This document shows, one piece after another, positions 63,801-64,000 of a DNA stretch of 64,000 bases. Every line of letters begins with the position of its first letter. Position 1 is the first letter of the stretch. The stretch lies in assembly GCF_040938485.1 (NCBI RefSeq), contig NW_027270938.1:1674001-1738000 (forward strand), written 5' to 3'. The notes under the pieces were generated by a model. The model was not told the DNA's origin and did no database searches. It saw only the letters and a list, made by a program, of their open reading frames with translations. The position numbers and the translations under genes were made by a program. This stretch comes from Diadema antillarum. Taxonomy: Eukaryota.

Positions 63801-63979
63801 GTCCAATATAGCGGTGTAGAAGTCGAGATTGAAATGGACGAACTCGACGACGACACTGTAGTCTTCCGCAGCGGTGATCACCCACACCTCGTGATGGTTG
63901 CTCTCGTAGTCTCCCGGGTAGTTCGGCGAGGCTAGCTGGGTGATCTCTTGCTCACGCACAGTTATGCGAGAATTGTCAT
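56577..63979 (-). CDS. Fibropellin-like protein (CUB, 6 EGF, avidin-like domain), 5'-partial, ten exons, ~483 aa in window
   Basis: Exons 63979-63602, 63132-63019, 62344-62219, 61679-61572, 60475-60368, 59640-59524, 59163-59050, 58479-58351, 57413-57215 and 56637-56577. All have AG/GT boundaries and join in one open frame ending ...[19 protein letters not shown]-stop. The C-terminus closely resembles the sea urchin fibropellin avidin-like domain as I recall it. Confidence 0.92.
57215..57413 (-). CDS. Fibropellin-like exon: avidin-like domain part 2
   Basis: [65 protein letters not shown]; 199 nt, phase 1-2. Confidence 0.92.
58351..58479 (-). CDS. Fibropellin-like exon: avidin-like domain part 1
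   Basis: [42 protein letters not shown]; 129 nt. Confidence 0.92.
59050..59163 (-). CDS. Fibropellin-like exon: calcium-binding EGF
   Basis: [37 protein letters not shown]; 114 nt, phase 1-1. Confidence 0.92.
59524..59640 (-). CDS. Fibropellin-like exon: EGF
   Basis: [38 protein letters not shown]; 117 nt, phase 1-1. Confidence 0.92.
60368..60475 (-). CDS. Fibropellin-like exon: EGF
   Basis: [35 protein letters not shown]; 108 nt, phase 1-1. Confidence 0.92.
61572..61679 (-). CDS. Fibropellin-like exon: EGF
   Basis: [35 protein letters not shown]; 108 nt, phase 1-1. Confidence 0.92.
62219..62344 (-). CDS. Fibropellin-like exon: calcium-binding EGF
   Basis: [41 protein letters not shown]; 126 nt, phase 1-1. 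Confidence 0.92.
63019..63132 (-). CDS. Fibropellin-like exon: calcium-binding EGF
   Basis: [37 protein letters not shown]; 114 nt, phase 1-1. Confidence 0.92.
63602..63979 (-). CDS. Fibropellin-like exon: CUB domain
   Basis: [10 protein letters not shown]...VWVITA...[10 protein letters not shown]...[10 protein letters not shown]...RGF; 378 nt, phase 1-1. Confidence 0.9.
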
Positions 63980-64000
63980 CTTAACAAAGAAAACAACGCA

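Overview
AT-rich animal genomic DNA, inferred to be echinoderm and most likely sea urchin, because of a fibropellin-type gene. (1) 1-52.2 kb: a tandem array of seven minus-strand class A (rhodopsin-like) GPCR genes with uninterrupted coding exons. There are two subfamilies: A1-A4 at about 5.0, 10.5, 23.9 and 30.2 kb, and B1-B3 at about 38.2, 43.4 and 48.2 kb. Each sits in a duplicated 5-12 kb unit, and each appears to have a short first exon and a 5'-UTR intron. A2 is disrupted at codon 14 by a 5.7 kb Academ-like DNA transposon derivative that is one giant imperfect palindrome, and it has also lost its ECL2 cysteine. B1 carries one nonsense codon in ICL3. The receptors have an aminergic (muscarinic/histamine-like) scaffold but lack Asp3.32 and place arginines at 5.46 and 7.39, which suggests an expanded orphan receptor family for anionic ligands (inference). 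An orphan exon-1 relic and a leftover upstream flank at the window start suggest the array continues to the left. (2) 56.6-64 kb: the 3' part of a spliced fibropellin-like gene (CUB, 6 EGF, avidin-like domain). I reconstructed ten exons by hand from splice sites; the ORF track mostly misses them. Many MITEs (Kolobok-, Tc1/mariner- and piggyBac-type), LINE/SINE fragments and microsatellites distinguish the paralogous units. All alignments were done by eye, with no database searches.
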